Shown here in pieces: positions 1-11,683 of a stretch of 64,000 bases of DNA; position 1 is the first letter of the stretch; each line of letters opens with the position of its first letter. A program made the translations under genes and the position numbers. The notes below the pieces were generated by a model. That model saw only the letters and a list, made by a program, of their open reading frames with translations. It made no database searches and was not told the origin of the DNA. The stretch is from contig JAYUEN010000386.1 of NCBI GenBank assembly GCA_043739185.1, forward strand, positions 93,443 to 157,442, read 5' to 3'. This stretch comes from Bdellovibrionales bacterium (lineage in GTDB: Bacteria > Bdellovibrionota > Bdellovibrionia > Bdellovibrionales > JAMPXM01).

Positions 1-338
1 AGAATATCGAAGCCATATTTGGGATACTCTTTTTGCCAACGCTGAGTATAGCTCTGAAGTGTAGTTTCTTTGGCAAGTTTATCCATGCGCAATGTAAGTG
101 ATGCGTTTGACTTTTGGGTTGGCGTGAAAACCCCCACAATAAAAGAATTGGATTTAGGGATGGTACTCATCTTCCAGCCAGCAGTCGCTGCCGCAATTTC
201 AAAACCCACCGGCGACTTGAATACTCCGAGGGTCGGGGCCACAGTCGTCGCGCCAGGAATAGGTGAAGCCATTCCCAAACTAGATTGCGCCATAAGTCCG
301 GCGACCAAAAAGCGAGTGACTAAAAAACCAATTTTCAT
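1..338 (-). CDS. Partial (3'-truncated by window edge) secreted hypothetical protein, MKIGFLVTRFLVAGLMAQSSLG...
   Basis: Not in the ORF track. Read manually: ATG at 338 preceded by AAGGGAG, open frame to position 1, signal-peptide-like N-terminus, co-directional with the TolB-like gene. Confidence 0.8.
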   Translation of the reverse strand, partial: MKIGFLVTRFLVAGLMAQSSLGMASPIPGATTVAPTLGVFKSPVGFEIAAATAGWKMSTIPKSNSFIVGVFTPTQKSNASLTLRMDKLAKETTLQSYTQRWQKEYPKYGFDI

Positions 339-354
339 AAAGATCTCCCTTTTT

Positions 355-1500
355 TTATGGTATCTCATCTAAGCATGCATGTGGAGAATTATAATCCATC
401 AAATAGATCTGATTTTTACCGCTCAGATTGCTAGTAAACAAGATTTGTTTACCATCTGGACTAAAGGCTGGCAAAATTTCATCAAAAGCATTCTCCGTTA
501 AGCGTTTGAGGCAGAGGCCCGCAATATCTAAAGTATAAAGATTAAAATGCACGCCATCGCCACGATTTGAGCTGAATACAAATTCTTTATAAATGGGATT
601 AAAATACGGAGTCAGGTGAAGGGCAGCTTTGGTCGTAAGTGCATGTGGTTGCCTGGCCAAAGCATCTCCTAAAACTATTTGGGAACTTTTGGCGTCGAGC
701 GCGTATTTTATCCACAAAATTTGATCGGTCTGCGGAACAAAAATTGGATTCGCATCGTAATTATTATCATTGGTGAGTCGAGTGGCATGACTTGCGCCCA
801 GCTTTTTTGTCCATTCGCTCAATTGAAATGGCATGAGGTATAGATCTGCATTTCCGTTTCGTGTGGATACGAAAACGATTTTATTTCCCTTTGAATTGAG
901 ACTTGCTTCGGCATCATAACCAGCAGATTTCGTCATGCGATAAATTTGGCTGCCATCAAGTTTAGACAAATAGATTTCAAAGGGTTTGAAATCGAGCCCA
1001 TTTAATTGAGCCCGCTTTTTCACTAAATTCGGCGCATAAGTTTTCATTACGCTTGAAATAGCTTCACTTTCCTCTTTGATTTCATCGGTCGTACTTGAGT
1101 ATAAAATAAAATTGCTATCTGCTGTATAAACCGCGTCGGCGTCATCGCCATCGTGAAATGTAATTCGGCGTTCACGCATATTTGTAAGATTGAGTTCGTA
1201 AATTTGAGTTTGCAAATGTTCGGGCCGCTTTTGGCTGTGGTAGATAATTTTTTTTGTATCAATTGCAAAATAGGCCTCAGAATTTTCACCAACTGAAGTG
1301 AGAGGCTTCACTAAAATATTTTTTTGATCTAAAAAAGGACCGGCCTTGATGCTCACCGGTTCAAGTACCGGAACCGGCACTTCAATACTTTTTGGAGTTA
1401 TCTTTTTTGCCGAACTGGAGCATCCCGAAATACACGCTAAGGAAATTGCATAAAAAAGGACTGTAATAGAGGCTAAGCTTCTGAGATGCATTGATTTCAT
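355..1500 (-). CDS. TolB-like beta-propeller (PD40/WD40 repeat) lipoprotein
   Basis: Lipobox ISGC; repeated P-x-FSPDG/IVFVS-x-R-x-G-x-x-D/QIY motifs. Confidence 0.85.
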   Translation of the reverse strand: MKSMHLRSLASITVLFYAISLACISGCSSSAKKITPKSIEVPVPVLEPVSIKAGPFLDQKNILVKPLTSVGENSEAYFAIDTKKIIYHSQKRPEHLQTQIYELNLTNMRERRITFHDGDDADAVYTADSNFILYSSTTDEIKEESEAISSVMKTYAPNLVKKRAQLNGLDFKPFEIYLSKLDGSQIYRMTKSAGYDAEASLNSKGNKIVFVSTRNGNADLYLMPFQLSEWTKKLGASHATRLTNDNNYDANPIFVPQTDQILWIKYALDAKSSQIVLGDALARQPHALTTKAALHLTPYFNPIYKEFVFSSNRGDGVHFNLYTLDIAGLCLKRLTENAFDEILPAFSPDGKQILFTSNLSGKNQIYLMDYNSPHACLDEIP

Positions 1501-1546
1501 AATTCATTTAGACTGTCCCTAAGCTGAGAAATCGTCAAAGAATAAT

Positions 1547-2569
1547 TCAAATGCTTAGCGAGATCAGCTTTGAAATTAGCGAAGCGGGTGATATTCCCGA
1601 GATATTTTTAGACTCCACCCAAATACCATTTAAAAATTTAGCCTCAGAGGCACTTTGCTTTCTTTTCGGGCTATTGGGCGTTACGTATATTTCATGATGG
1701 GTAATGCAATGTTTGAATAGATATTTACTAGGGGCTGATTTCTGAAGAAACGCATTTCCGGGCGGAAGCCAATGTTTCTTTAAAAAGGGTGCATAATCAT
1801 TTTTTACAAAAAAGAATTTGTTGTTTTCAAAGATAAGCTTGGGCCGCCAAAGCCAAATTTCTTTCGTTCTGCGAGGTTTCGGAAGTGGCAATTGTTCTGT
1901 TAAATTTTCACTAAAAGCCACACAATGTTTTTTTAAGGGACAAAGCAAACAGGCTGGCTTTTGTGGCGAGCAAATACTGGCGCCAAGCTCCATTACGGCT
2001 TGGTTCCAAATTGATGGTTTTTCGACTTGCGCCAACTGATCGGCCAAAAACTGAAGTTGCTTTCGTTCCTTCGGGAGCCACCATTTCATTTTCAATCCAA
2101 AAAAACGCGATAAAACTCGAATCACATTGCCGTCTAGAACGCCAAGTTTCTCTTCAAAACAAATACTGCTGACGGCTCGAGAGGTGTACGGACCGAAACC
2201 AGGTAATTTTATAAGTTCTTCGGCGGTATCAGGAAAAGCCTTTGCATTCAGAATTTTAGCTGTGCGATGAATATTTCGAGCTCGGCTATAATAGCCTAGG
2301 CCTGACCAATTTTTCAAAACCTCAGACTCTTTGGCATTAGAAAGTTGCTTTATGTTTTTAAAATTTTTTAAAAAATTTTCATAAAAAGGAATGACGGCAT
2401 TCACTGTCGTTTGCTGAAGCATGACTTCTGAAATCCAGACTCGATAGGGATCTTGATTTAAACGCCAAGGCAAATTGCGTCGATTTTTTTGGTACCAATC
2501 AAGCAATGCCCTTTGCGCATTTACATTCGGTCGCTGAGCTGCGGCAAGTCGGTCAGATATACGAGTCAT
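1547..2569 (-). CDS. mutY: A/G-specific adenine DNA glycosylase
   Basis: WISEVMLQQT, WSGLGYYSRARN, HhH LPGFGPYT, LDGNV, Fe-S motif C-x6-C-x2-C-x5-C. Confidence 0.95.
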   Translation of the reverse strand: MTRISDRLAAAQRPNVNAQRALLDWYQKNRRNLPWRLNQDPYRVWISEVMLQQTTVNAVIPFYENFLKNFKNIKQLSNAKESEVLKNWSGLGYYSRARNIHRTAKILNAKAFPDTAEELIKLPGFGPYTSRAVSSICFEEKLGVLDGNVIRVLSRFFGLKMKWWLPKERKQLQFLADQLAQVEKPSIWNQAVMELGASICSPQKPACLLCPLKKHCVAFSENLTEQLPLPKPRRTKEIWLWRPKLIFENNKFFFVKNDYAPFLKKHWLPPGNAFLQKSAPSKYLFKHCITHHEIYVTPNSPKRKQSASEAKFLNGIWVESKNISGISPASLISKLISLSI

Positions 2570-2625
2570 GACAGAGGTTGTATTTGATTTTTGGCTCGCC
2601 TACAATAATTTCAAAGGGAGATTTT

Positions 2626-3042
2626 ATGAAAAAAATTTCGTTGGTCCTACTCATGTTTCTTTGCGCGTTTTACGTTCTGCCATCTGGGGCCTCAGAAGCC
2701 TTTACTCTTATCGGGGTAGCTGAGTTAGAAGGCTTTATGAAGACAGATCAAAATGCGATTCATATTTATGATGCCAATAATGACAGTACACGTAAAGCTG
2801 AGGGGATGATTCCTACGGCCCAGGCCTTAGCGAGTAGCTCGCATTACGATGTCGCCACTCTGCCGAAAGACAAAGATTCGAAGGTGGTCTTTTATTGTGC
2901 CAATACCCAATGCATGGCCTCGCATGATGCGGCCAAAGTCGCGGCTAAAGCGGGATACAAAAAGGTATTCGTTATGGCCGACGGAATTCAAGGCTGGAAA
3001 AAGGCCGGAAAAACCACACAGAAATTTGATCAAAAAGGATAA
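2626..3042 (+). CDS. Exported rhodanese-domain protein
   Basis: ATG 2626 after GGGAG; signal peptide; IYDAN, VVFYCAN, MADGIQGWK rhodanese motifs. Confidence 0.85.
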   Translation: MKKISLVLLMFLCAFYVLPSGASEAFTLIGVAELEGFMKTDQNAIHIYDANNDSTRKAEGMIPTAQALASSSHYDVATLPKDKDSKVVFYCANTQCMASHDAAKVAAKAGYKKVFVMADGIQGWKKAGKTTQKFDQKG

Positions 3043-3044
3043 TT

Positions 3045-3977
3045 GTGGATTATATTCCGCTCTCCGGTAGGGAGCACCCAAGATTCGCGGCAATCAAAAC
3101 ATTTTTTAGGTTGCCCAATGTTGATCTCGATGCCGATTATCAGATCGGCATTTGTGGCATTCCTTTTGACGGTGGTGCGAGTTACCGACCTGGCGCCAGG
3201 TTCGCTCCGAGTAAAATTCGCGAGATCTCTTCACTCGGAAGAGTTTATCATTGGTCCCGGGCAATCTCATTTGTTGAAAAATTAAAAGTTGCCGATATTG
3301 GTGACTGCCCAGTTGTACCAATTGATATGCAAAAAACCTATGAGCGTATCCAAAAATTTTATTCTCATCTTTATTCAAAAAATAAAAAAATTATTGCAGT
3401 GGGTGGAGATCATTCGATTACTTTACCAATTCTGCGAGAAGTGAAAAAGAAGTATGGCAAAGCAATACGTCTCATTCACTTTGATGCTCATTTGGATACC
3501 TATCCGGCGGCTTGGGATTGCGAATATCATCATGGGTCTTTTCTCCGTCATGCGATTGAAGAAGGCTTAGTCGATGCGCCCAAGAGTTTGCATATCGGAA
3601 TTCGCGGCCCCCTGGCCGGAGAGAATGATCTCGACGCAATTAAGAAATATAAAATGAATATTTTGACGATCGATGATTTGAGAGGCGACAGCATTAAGAA
3701 CATCTGCCAAAAGCTTCCCGACTTCGGATCGGATCCAACTTATATTAGTTTCGATATTGATGGACTTGATCCAGCCTTTGCGCCTGGTACAGGGACGCCT
3801 GTTGTTGGCGGAATGACCACCTATGAAGTTCAGTGCATCTTGCGTGCGCTTAAAATCAAAAACTTAGTAGGCGCCGACATCGTCGAGGTCTCGCCGCCAT
3901 ACGATCATTCGGACATTACAGCGCTTGCCGCACTCGACACTCTGTTTGAAATACTCTGTATTTTTGCGCAGACTTAG
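3045..3977 (+). CDS. speB: Agmatinase (ureohydrolase)
   Basis: GIPFD, RPGARFAP, GGDHSIT, FDAHLD, SFDIDGLDPAFAPGTGTP. Confidence 0.93.
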   Translation: MDYIPLSGREHPRFAAIKTFFRLPNVDLDADYQIGICGIPFDGGASYRPGARFAPSKIREISSLGRVYHWSRAISFVEKLKVADIGDCPVVPIDMQKTYERIQKFYSHLYSKNKKIIAVGGDHSITLPILREVKKKYGKAIRLIHFDAHLDTYPAAWDCEYHHGSFLRHAIEEGLVDAPKSLHIGIRGPLAGENDLDAIKKYKMNILTIDDLRGDSIKNICQKLPDFGSDPTYISFDIDGLDPAFAPGTGTPVVGGMTTYEVQCILRALKIKNLVGADIVEVSPPYDHSDITALAALDTLFEILCIFAQT

Positions 3978-4085
3978 GTGTTTCATTTTGAGACATGTTT
4001 TGGTACAAGACCAATTCAATTACATTGAATTGTCCAAGCCCTCAGATCTATAGACAAAATTTGATTTTCGTCTTAAACTGAGAGG

Positions 4086-4742
4086 ATGAGAAACATAATT
4101 TTATTGACCGCGATTTCACTTCAAATTTCAAGTTTTGCTTTTGCAAACGAATATCAAAAAATGTTTAGCTGTTCGCAGGCCCTTAAGGGTGAAGCCCAGA
4201 TTTCAAATAAAGCCATTGCTAAGGATTTTACGGTTTTGCCGGTGAAGAGTAAGGGTGTCGAGGGCGTAGATCTTTTTCTTAGGGATAAAATTTATTTCTG
4301 TAAATTGCCGAAAAAGTTCATTTCAAAAAACATTGATGAGCGCCTTTATAAAATGAATTTGAGTGTGCCGAAGGTGAAACCCATTTATGTTTCCTATCTG
4401 AAATCGACAACTGAACCACCGAGTTTAGAAGTTATGGATCTCGAAGATAATATTGAGATAAGCCAAGAGCAGGTACGTCTCAGCAAAACTAAATTCGCGA
4501 ATTGTACCGAAACCAGAGATCCGCACAGTGAAAAAATATTGGCTGAGTTTTTACGAAAAGAAATTTCTCATATTCATGATAAGTCTTCAGACATTGAATT
4601 TAAGTTGGCTCCAAGAAATACTGTGGCCACGCTCAAGCTTTGTGAAAAGTCTTTTCTTTTGAAAAGTGTTTCAGACAACGAAATCAAAAAGTTTGAAACT
4701 CGAATTCCTGCAGCCTCAAGCAATTCTGCACTAGACGAATAA
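4086..4742 (+). CDS. Secreted hypothetical protein
   Basis: 218-aa ORF, signal peptide ending AFA, predicted promoter upstream and terminator downstream. Confidence 0.75.
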   Translation: MRNIILLTAISLQISSFAFANEYQKMFSCSQALKGEAQISNKAIAKDFTVLPVKSKGVEGVDLFLRDKIYFCKLPKKFISKNIDERLYKMNLSVPKVKPIYVSYLKSTTEPPSLEVMDLEDNIEISQEQVRLSKTKFANCTETRDPHSEKILAEFLRKEISHIHDKSSDIEFKLAPRNTVATLKLCEKSFLLKSVSDNEIKKFETRIPAASSNSALDE

Positions 4743-4756
4743 ACAAATTTTGACAT

Positions 4757-4790
4757 AAAAAAACCCAAGCTTTTAAAGGCTTGGGTTTTT
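4757..4790. terminator. Bidirectional intrinsic terminator between the 4086-4742 gene and groEL
   Basis: AAAAAAACCCAAGC-ttttaaag-GCTTGGGTTTTT inverted repeat with A and T tracts. Confidence 0.85.
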
Positions 4791-4815
4791 GTGAACTAGG
4801 TTCAGAAGGTCAGCA

Positions 4816-6474
<1,659 letters not shown>

Positions 6475-6545
6475 CTATTGAGTTAATTAAATTTACGTTA
6501 TTTATTTTATTAGTTTTCTGATTAGGTCTCTGACTAGTTCTCTGG

Positions 6546-6842
6546 TTAGTTTAATACACCAAGAACATCGTTTTCGTTGATCATCAAATATTCTTTGCCA
6601 TCAAGTTTTAGCTCAGTGCCAGAATATTTTCCGAACAAAACGCGATCTCCAACTTTTACTTCAAGTGGAAGAGTTTTTCCGTCTTCAGTGATGCGGCCTT
6701 TGCCAGTAGCAACCACTTCACCACGTTGAGGTTTTTCCTTTGCTGTATCTGGAATGATGATTCCACCAGCGGTTTTTTCTTCTTCCGCCATTCTTCGAAC
6801 CAAGATTCGGTCATGAAGCGGGCGTACGTTTAATTGAGCCAT
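6546..6842 (-). CDS. groS: Co-chaperonin GroES
   Basis: [30 protein letters not shown]. Confidence 0.99.
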   Translation of the reverse strand: MAQLNVRPLHDRILVRRMAEEEKTAGGIIIPDTAKEKPQRGEVVATGKGRITEDGKTLPLEVKVGDRVLFGKYSGTELKLDGKEYLMINENDVLGVLN

Positions 6843-7051
6843 TATTACCTCCCAAAAATGTAATATTTTATCTGCCTGTTTTAAGGTCAGAAGTATTAGT
6901 TAGAACGACAGTGGACAATATGGAGCGTGCCAATTTTCTGTCAAGGGAAGACCCAAAAAAAATATTTTGATGCGCAGCGACTTGGCATGTCTGAAAGCGG
7001 CTTCTGCTGCGGGTCTTCGGTCTTTCGACAGCTCGGGTTGAAGCCTTGAAT

Positions 7052-7552
7052 TTATTTTTTGATTTGCGCTTCGGCTGAGTTCAAATTTGAAAAACTGAGA
7101 TTCTGTGGACTTTCCTGCGTTGAGCTACGATCCAAGCTATTTTTAAGATTCAAAAGGAGATCTCCGAGTTCGGTCGGATTCATTTTTTTAGCGGCATCAA
7201 CGAAGTCAGACTTATCCTTAAACTGGCTTAAATAAAGGGCAAAGTAGTCTTCGACGCTTAGCTCTTGTGCAATTTGTAAGGCAAGTTTCGATGCTTCAAG
7301 CTTCTGTGACTTATTGGCCTTTGCGATTCCAGCTGCCGCCGCCTTTGAATTCTCGCTCGGCTGAGACTGGATTTGCGCTTCGTTCAGTTTAAGCTTCTTC
7401 CATTCTTGAAATGACATGACTTCGGCACGTGCGATTTGCGTAAAGAGAATAATAACTCCTAGGCTTAAGAAAAGTTGCGCGACGAAAGTGAAAAGTACTT
7501 CGATAAAAACTGAGCCAGCTTCTTCGTGCTTTGATGAGTTTTTGTAACCCAC
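7052..7552 (-). CDS. Membrane-anchored/secreted hypothetical protein
   Basis: GTG start after AGGGG; hydrophobic segment ending ARA; helical remainder. Confidence 0.7.
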   Translation of the reverse strand: MGYKNSSKHEEAGSVFIEVLFTFVAQLFLSLGVIILFTQIARAEVMSFQEWKKLKLNEAQIQSQPSENSKAAAAGIAKANKSQKLEASKLALQIAQELSVEDYFALYLSQFKDKSDFVDAAKKMNPTELGDLLLNLKNSLDRSSTQESPQNLSFSNLNSAEAQIKK

Positions 7553-7855
7553 ATGAACCCCTTAATCCTAAAAATGCGCCCCTTAACCTATACTCAGCTG
7601 GCTAGCTATTCAATAGGCATGCCGAAATGAAATCAAAATAAAGCCAAGAGGAAGGATAAAACCAATCAATTTGTGACAATTTGCGTGATCACTCAATGCA
7701 AAAGCTACTTAAATTCGAGCTTTTTCTTTTTTTGACTATTTAGGATTGAAGTCAGTTTTGGTGGCAGCGGTTGGCTGAAATCTGCTTTTCAGCTTCTGTC
7801 TCAGCTTTCTTCTGCAAATTGACGGTTGCGTACAGGTTTCAGGACTTATTTAAAT

Positions 7856-8041
7856 TCAAACGGCGCGTCTGGAGAAGCTCTTTAGCTCCCCGTTTTCTGA
7901 TTGAAAGCTTATTTCAATGGGGCGGCAGCAAACTTCGCAATCCTCAATATAGCTTTGAAAATCCTCAATGCTCAGATCAAGAAGCATAGATATTCTTGCT
8001 AAGCAGTAGGGACATTTGAAAAACTTCTCTATTTCTTCCAT
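7856..8041 (-). CDS. CPXCG-motif cysteine-rich small zinc-binding protein
   Basis: CPYC...YIEDCEVCCRPI pattern; likely start MEEIEK at 8041. Confidence 0.85.
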   Translation of the reverse strand: MEEIEKFFKCPYCLARISMLLDLSIEDFQSYIEDCEVCCRPIEISFQSENGELKSFSRRAV

Positions 8042-8100
8042 GCTTGAAAAATATAAGATAATCACAAAAGCATCTAGGTTCTTTTAGGGCGCGGTGCGTT

Positions 8101-8167
8101 TCCGGAATGTACCTGCTTCTTTTTGGAGGCGCATTGCAACTCCAAAAAGAAGCAGGTACATTCCGGA
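8101..8167. repeat. Perfect 28-bp inverted repeat with an 11-nt spacer
   Basis: TCCGGAATGTACCTGCTTCTTTTTGGAG (8101-8128) and its exact reverse complement (8140-8167). Confidence 0.95.
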
Positions 8168-8168
8168 G

Positions 8169-8723
8169 ATGCGATGCATATGGGCAGAAAAGTCAAAGAA
8201 TCCACTAATGGTTAAATATCATGACGACGAATGGGGTCGGCCCGTTCATGAGGATCAGAAGCATTTTGAATTTGTTGTTTTAGAGTCGGCCCAAGCCGGC
8301 CTCAGCTGGGAAATTATCTTGAATCGCCGAGAAAACTACCGAAAGGCCTTTGCGGAATTCGACCCAGCAAAGGTCGCTCGTTTTTCTGAGAAAAAAATTC
8401 AAAAACTACTTCAAAATGCTGGCATCATAAGAAATCAACTTAAGATACGAGCCACGGTAAGTAATGCTCAGGCTTTTTTAAAGATCCAAAAAGAGTTTGG
8501 GAGTTTTGATAAATATATATGGAGCTTTGTAAAATCTAAGACCATTGTTCGTAGGCCAAGGGGCCGCGGAGACTTTCGCGCCACCGATCGCAACAGCGAT
8601 GCCCTTTCAAAAGACTTAAAGTTACGCGGCTTTAAATTTATGGGGTCAACAATTTGTTATGCCCATATGCAAGCAATTGGCTTGATCGATGAACATCAAG
8701 CAAGCTGTTTTCGCGCTAAATAG
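8169..8723 (+). CDS. tag: DNA-3-methyladenine glycosylase I
   Basis: RCxW...YHDDEWG, LESAQAGLSW, IIRNQLKI, FKFMGSTICYAHMQAIG; start reassigned to ATG 8169. Confidence 0.95.
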   Translation: MRCIWAEKSKNPLMVKYHDDEWGRPVHEDQKHFEFVVLESAQAGLSWEIILNRRENYRKAFAEFDPAKVARFSEKKIQKLLQNAGIIRNQLKIRATVSNAQAFLKIQKEFGSFDKYIWSFVKSKTIVRRPRGRGDFRATDRNSDALSKDLKLRGFKFMGSTICYAHMQAIGLIDEHQASCFRAK

Positions 8724-8737
8724 AAAAGAGCTGAGAC

Positions 8738-9325
8738 TTGTTGAAGTTTAAGAATACCTACTTTCATCCGGTGATTCGCTTGCCACAAAATTATGAAGTC
8801 TATGATTTTTCGAATGGCTACGATGCCAATCGCTTGCGAAGCACGGATTATGGTATTGGCAAATACAATGAAAAACGCGTGGGTATGTATGATCAAGCGC
8901 TCTTTTCAGGCGCGCGAAATATTCACGTTGGAGTTGATATTTCGGCTCCGGTTGGTACCGAAATTTATGCGTTTGCAGACGGTGAAATACACAGTTTCGC
9001 CTTTCATTCGAAGCCTGGAGATTATGGTTATACACTCATTACCGAGCACGAAATTGAAAATCAAAAATTTTATTCTCTGTTTGGGCATCTTAGCAAGAAA
9101 TCCCTCGCTAAAAAAAGGCTCAAACAAGGCTTTCATCGAGGAGAGATTCTGGCTTGGATTGGTGACAAAGATGAAAATGGCGGCTGGAATCCACATTTGC
9201 ATTTTCAATTGAGTTTAGTCGCGCCAGAAAGAGCTGATTTACCAGGAGTGGTCGCCGAAAGGGACTTGGCTTTAGCTCTTGAAAAATATCCGGATCCACG
9301 CATTGTCCTTGGTCCAGTCTACTAG
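8738..9325 (+). CDS. M23 family metallopeptidase domain protein
   Basis: HVGVD (HxxxD), GDYG, FGHL, PHLHFQ (HxH); no signal peptide. Confidence 0.85.
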   Translation: MLKFKNTYFHPVIRLPQNYEVYDFSNGYDANRLRSTDYGIGKYNEKRVGMYDQALFSGARNIHVGVDISAPVGTEIYAFADGEIHSFAFHSKPGDYGYTLITEHEIENQKFYSLFGHLSKKSLAKKRLKQGFHRGEILAWIGDKDENGGWNPHLHFQLSLVAPERADLPGVVAERDLALALEKYPDPRIVLGPVY

Positions 9326-9383
9326 TGCAGCCTTGAAGTCTACATTTGTTGACACTTCGGATTGCCAACGAGACAATTTTTAG

Positions 9384-10280
9384 ATGGCCAAAAAAACACC
9401 GGTAGATTTGCAAAATCGCATAGATGAGTTAGAGAGCGAATTGAATGAGCGTGAAAGCGATTTAGCACTTTTTCGCGATGAGCTTTCGAAAGCAAATGTT
9501 CAGCTTAAAAAATTAATTGCTCAGATTTCAAATGAATTGAAAACCGCGTCTAAAATTCAAAAGGCACTAGTGCCGACTGAGTTTCCGACGATTCCTGGTT
9601 TTGAATTCAGTACAAAATTCGTTGCCAGCCCCATTTCTGGCGGAGATTATTTTGATATTTTTGAGCATGAAGATAAATTTCGCTTTGGTGTTGTGTTGGC
9701 AAATTCTTCTGGCTATTCGATGTCGGCGCTGTTTCTAAGTGTTCTACTGAAGCTATCAGGACAGCTCGAGGCCCGAAAGGGAACTCCACCAAATAATATT
9801 TTAGAGCATATGGCTCGTGAGTTAGTTCCCAATATTGAAGCTTCAGATGTCGCCAATGTTTTTTATGGAGTCATTGACCGACGAAGTTTTGAAATGACCT
9901 ATTCACACGCAGGAAATTATGTTGGGCTGTTGGTTTCTGAGCACAAAGTTCAAAAGCTTGAGGTGTCAAATGCACCAATTGGCAAAAGCTTTAAGCCGGG
10001 CCTTGAAAACAAAAGTATCAATCTGAATCCGCATGATAAACTCGTTCTTTGCAGCGAAGGGGTTTTGAAAGTTCTCAATTCTAAGTCTGAAAAGTTTGGT
10101 GAAGAACGTCTTTACAAGGCGGTGCTTGCAGCCAGCGAAAATGAAGTACATGACTTGAGAAATGAAATCATGATTCAAATCGATAAATTTTCTGGCGGCC
10201 GAGAACTCATACAAGATTTAACGGTTTTGGTGCTTGAAGTAAAAGATCGCGTGATCAAATTGGCGAAAGCTAGGAGTTGA
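9384..10280 (+). CDS. Coiled-coil plus SpoIIE/RsbU-type PP2C domain protein (degenerate active site)
   Basis: A-x-x-IQ-x-x-L-x-P, GGDYFD, FGEERL, DLTVL. Confidence 0.85.
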   Translation: MAKKTPVDLQNRIDELESELNERESDLALFRDELSKANVQLKKLIAQISNELKTASKIQKALVPTEFPTIPGFEFSTKFVASPISGGDYFDIFEHEDKFRFGVVLANSSGYSMSALFLSVLLKLSGQLEARKGTPPNNILEHMARELVPNIEASDVANVFYGVIDRRSFEMTYSHAGNYVGLLVSEHKVQKLEVSNAPIGKSFKPGLENKSINLNPHDKLVLCSEGVLKVLNSKSEKFGEERLYKAVLAASENEVHDLRNEIMIQIDKFSGGRELIQDLTVLVLEVKDRVIKLAKARS

Positions 10281-10394
10281 GTTAAGCGAGTAACTGCCTA
10301 GTACAATTACTCAAGTTTCAAGATTCAGTGCATAAGTTATAGTCGGGAAATTAAATGTGAGAGATAATTCTAGCCACTATTCGAAAGGAATTTT

Positions 10395-11537
10395 ATGGCA
10401 GCAGAAGTACAAATTTACGAAGGTGCGGTTGATAAGGGTTTAGAGGGAGTGGTTTCGTGTACGACTGCCATCTCATTCATCGTCGGCGCTACGCTAAATT
10501 ATCGTGGGTATACCATTGAAGATTTAGCGGCCAATTCTAATTTCGAAGAAGCCGTATTTTTACTTTGGAATAATCGCTTGCCGAAGGCTGATGAATTGGC
10601 CAAATTTCAAAAGGATTTGGCTTCTGAAATGACTTTGAGCCCGGATCTTTTAAAAGTACTAAAAGAAATTCCTACCAAAAACATTCATCCAATGGCGTGG
10701 TTAAGAACCGCGACTAGCTTATCGGCCCTTTACGATAAGGATGCGCAAGATACATCCGATGCAGCCAAGCATCGTGTGGCCCTTCGATTGACTGCGAAAA
10801 TGGCGACCTTGGTTACCAGCTTTGAAAGGTTTCGCAACGGAAAAGAAATTATAACTCCCAATACAAATAAGAGCATTGCCTGGAATTTTTTCTATACTCT
10901 GACCGGAAAAGAACCCGATCCTCAAATAGTTAAAATGTTTGATACCTGTCTTATTTTGCATGCAGATCATGAATTAAATTGTTCGGCTTTCGCAGCAAGA
11001 GTTACCGCTTCTTCATTGAGCGATATGTATTCATCTGTGGTCAGTGCTATTAGCGCTTTAAAGGGACCACTTCATGGCGGTGCTAATGAGGCTGTGATGA
11101 ATATGTTGAAGGACATAGGCACTATGGATAGAGCCCAAACATGGGTTAAAGAAGCTTTGGATAATAAGCAGAAAGTAATGGGCTTTGGCCATCGGGTTTA
11201 TAAGAATGGCGATCCTCGAGCCAAAATCTTGCGCCAAATGAGCCAAGATATCACAAAGAAAATTGGTCAGCCGCAATGGTTTCAAATGTCGGACTTAATT
11301 GACGATACTATGCAGACCAAAAAGTCCTTACTTCCCAATGTCGATTTTTATTCTGCAACGGTTTACTACAGCATGGGGATTACAATTGATTTGTTTACGC
11401 CGATTTTTGCGGTATCGCGAGTTTCGGGTTGGCTTGCTCATATGTTTGAGCAGTGGTCGAACAATCGAATTTATCGTCCCAGAGGTAAATGGCAGGGTAA
11501 AGAAGGCTTAAGTTGGCAGCCGACCGATAAACGATAG
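10395..11537 (+). CDS. gltA: Citrate (or 2-methylcitrate) synthase
   Basis: LHADHELNCS, GPLHGGANE, GFGHRVYKNGDPRA, PNVDF. Confidence 0.9.
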   Translation: MAAEVQIYEGAVDKGLEGVVSCTTAISFIVGATLNYRGYTIEDLAANSNFEEAVFLLWNNRLPKADELAKFQKDLASEMTLSPDLLKVLKEIPTKNIHPMAWLRTATSLSALYDKDAQDTSDAAKHRVALRLTAKMATLVTSFERFRNGKEIITPNTNKSIAWNFFYTLTGKEPDPQIVKMFDTCLILHADHELNCSAFAARVTASSLSDMYSSVVSAISALKGPLHGGANEAVMNMLKDIGTMDRAQTWVKEALDNKQKVMGFGHRVYKNGDPRAKILRQMSQDITKKIGQPQWFQMSDLIDDTMQTKKSLLPNVDFYSATVYYSMGITIDLFTPIFAVSRVSGWLAHMFEQWSNNRIYRPRGKWQGKEGLSWQPTDKR

Positions 11538-11578
11538 GGGCTACAAAAGTCACTGGCTTCGTGACTAAGCTGCTTGAT

Positions 11579-11663
11579 CAGTTTTAACGGCAGCAGCGGC
11601 AGTCAACTGAATTGCGGTTTCTGATTCTGGATCCGTTGCAGTTGACGGATTGCCAGCTGACGG
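11579..11663 (-). repeat. Dispersed intergenic repeat, copy A
   Basis: Shares GCTGCCGTTAAAACTG, GATCCAGAATCAG and CAGCTGGCA blocks, in the same order, with 37367-37498. Confidence 0.85.
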
Positions 11664-11683
11664 ACCCAGTTTTCCAAATCAAT

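Noticed and set aside
70..372. Plus-strand 100-aa ORF
   Set aside because: Antisense to the minus-strand gene starting at 338, which has an RBS and signal peptide
6905..6945. CIRCE operator upstream of groES
   Set aside because: Only a left-half-like TTGGCACGC occurs, inside a TTGACA-16-CATATT promoter; there is no matching right arm
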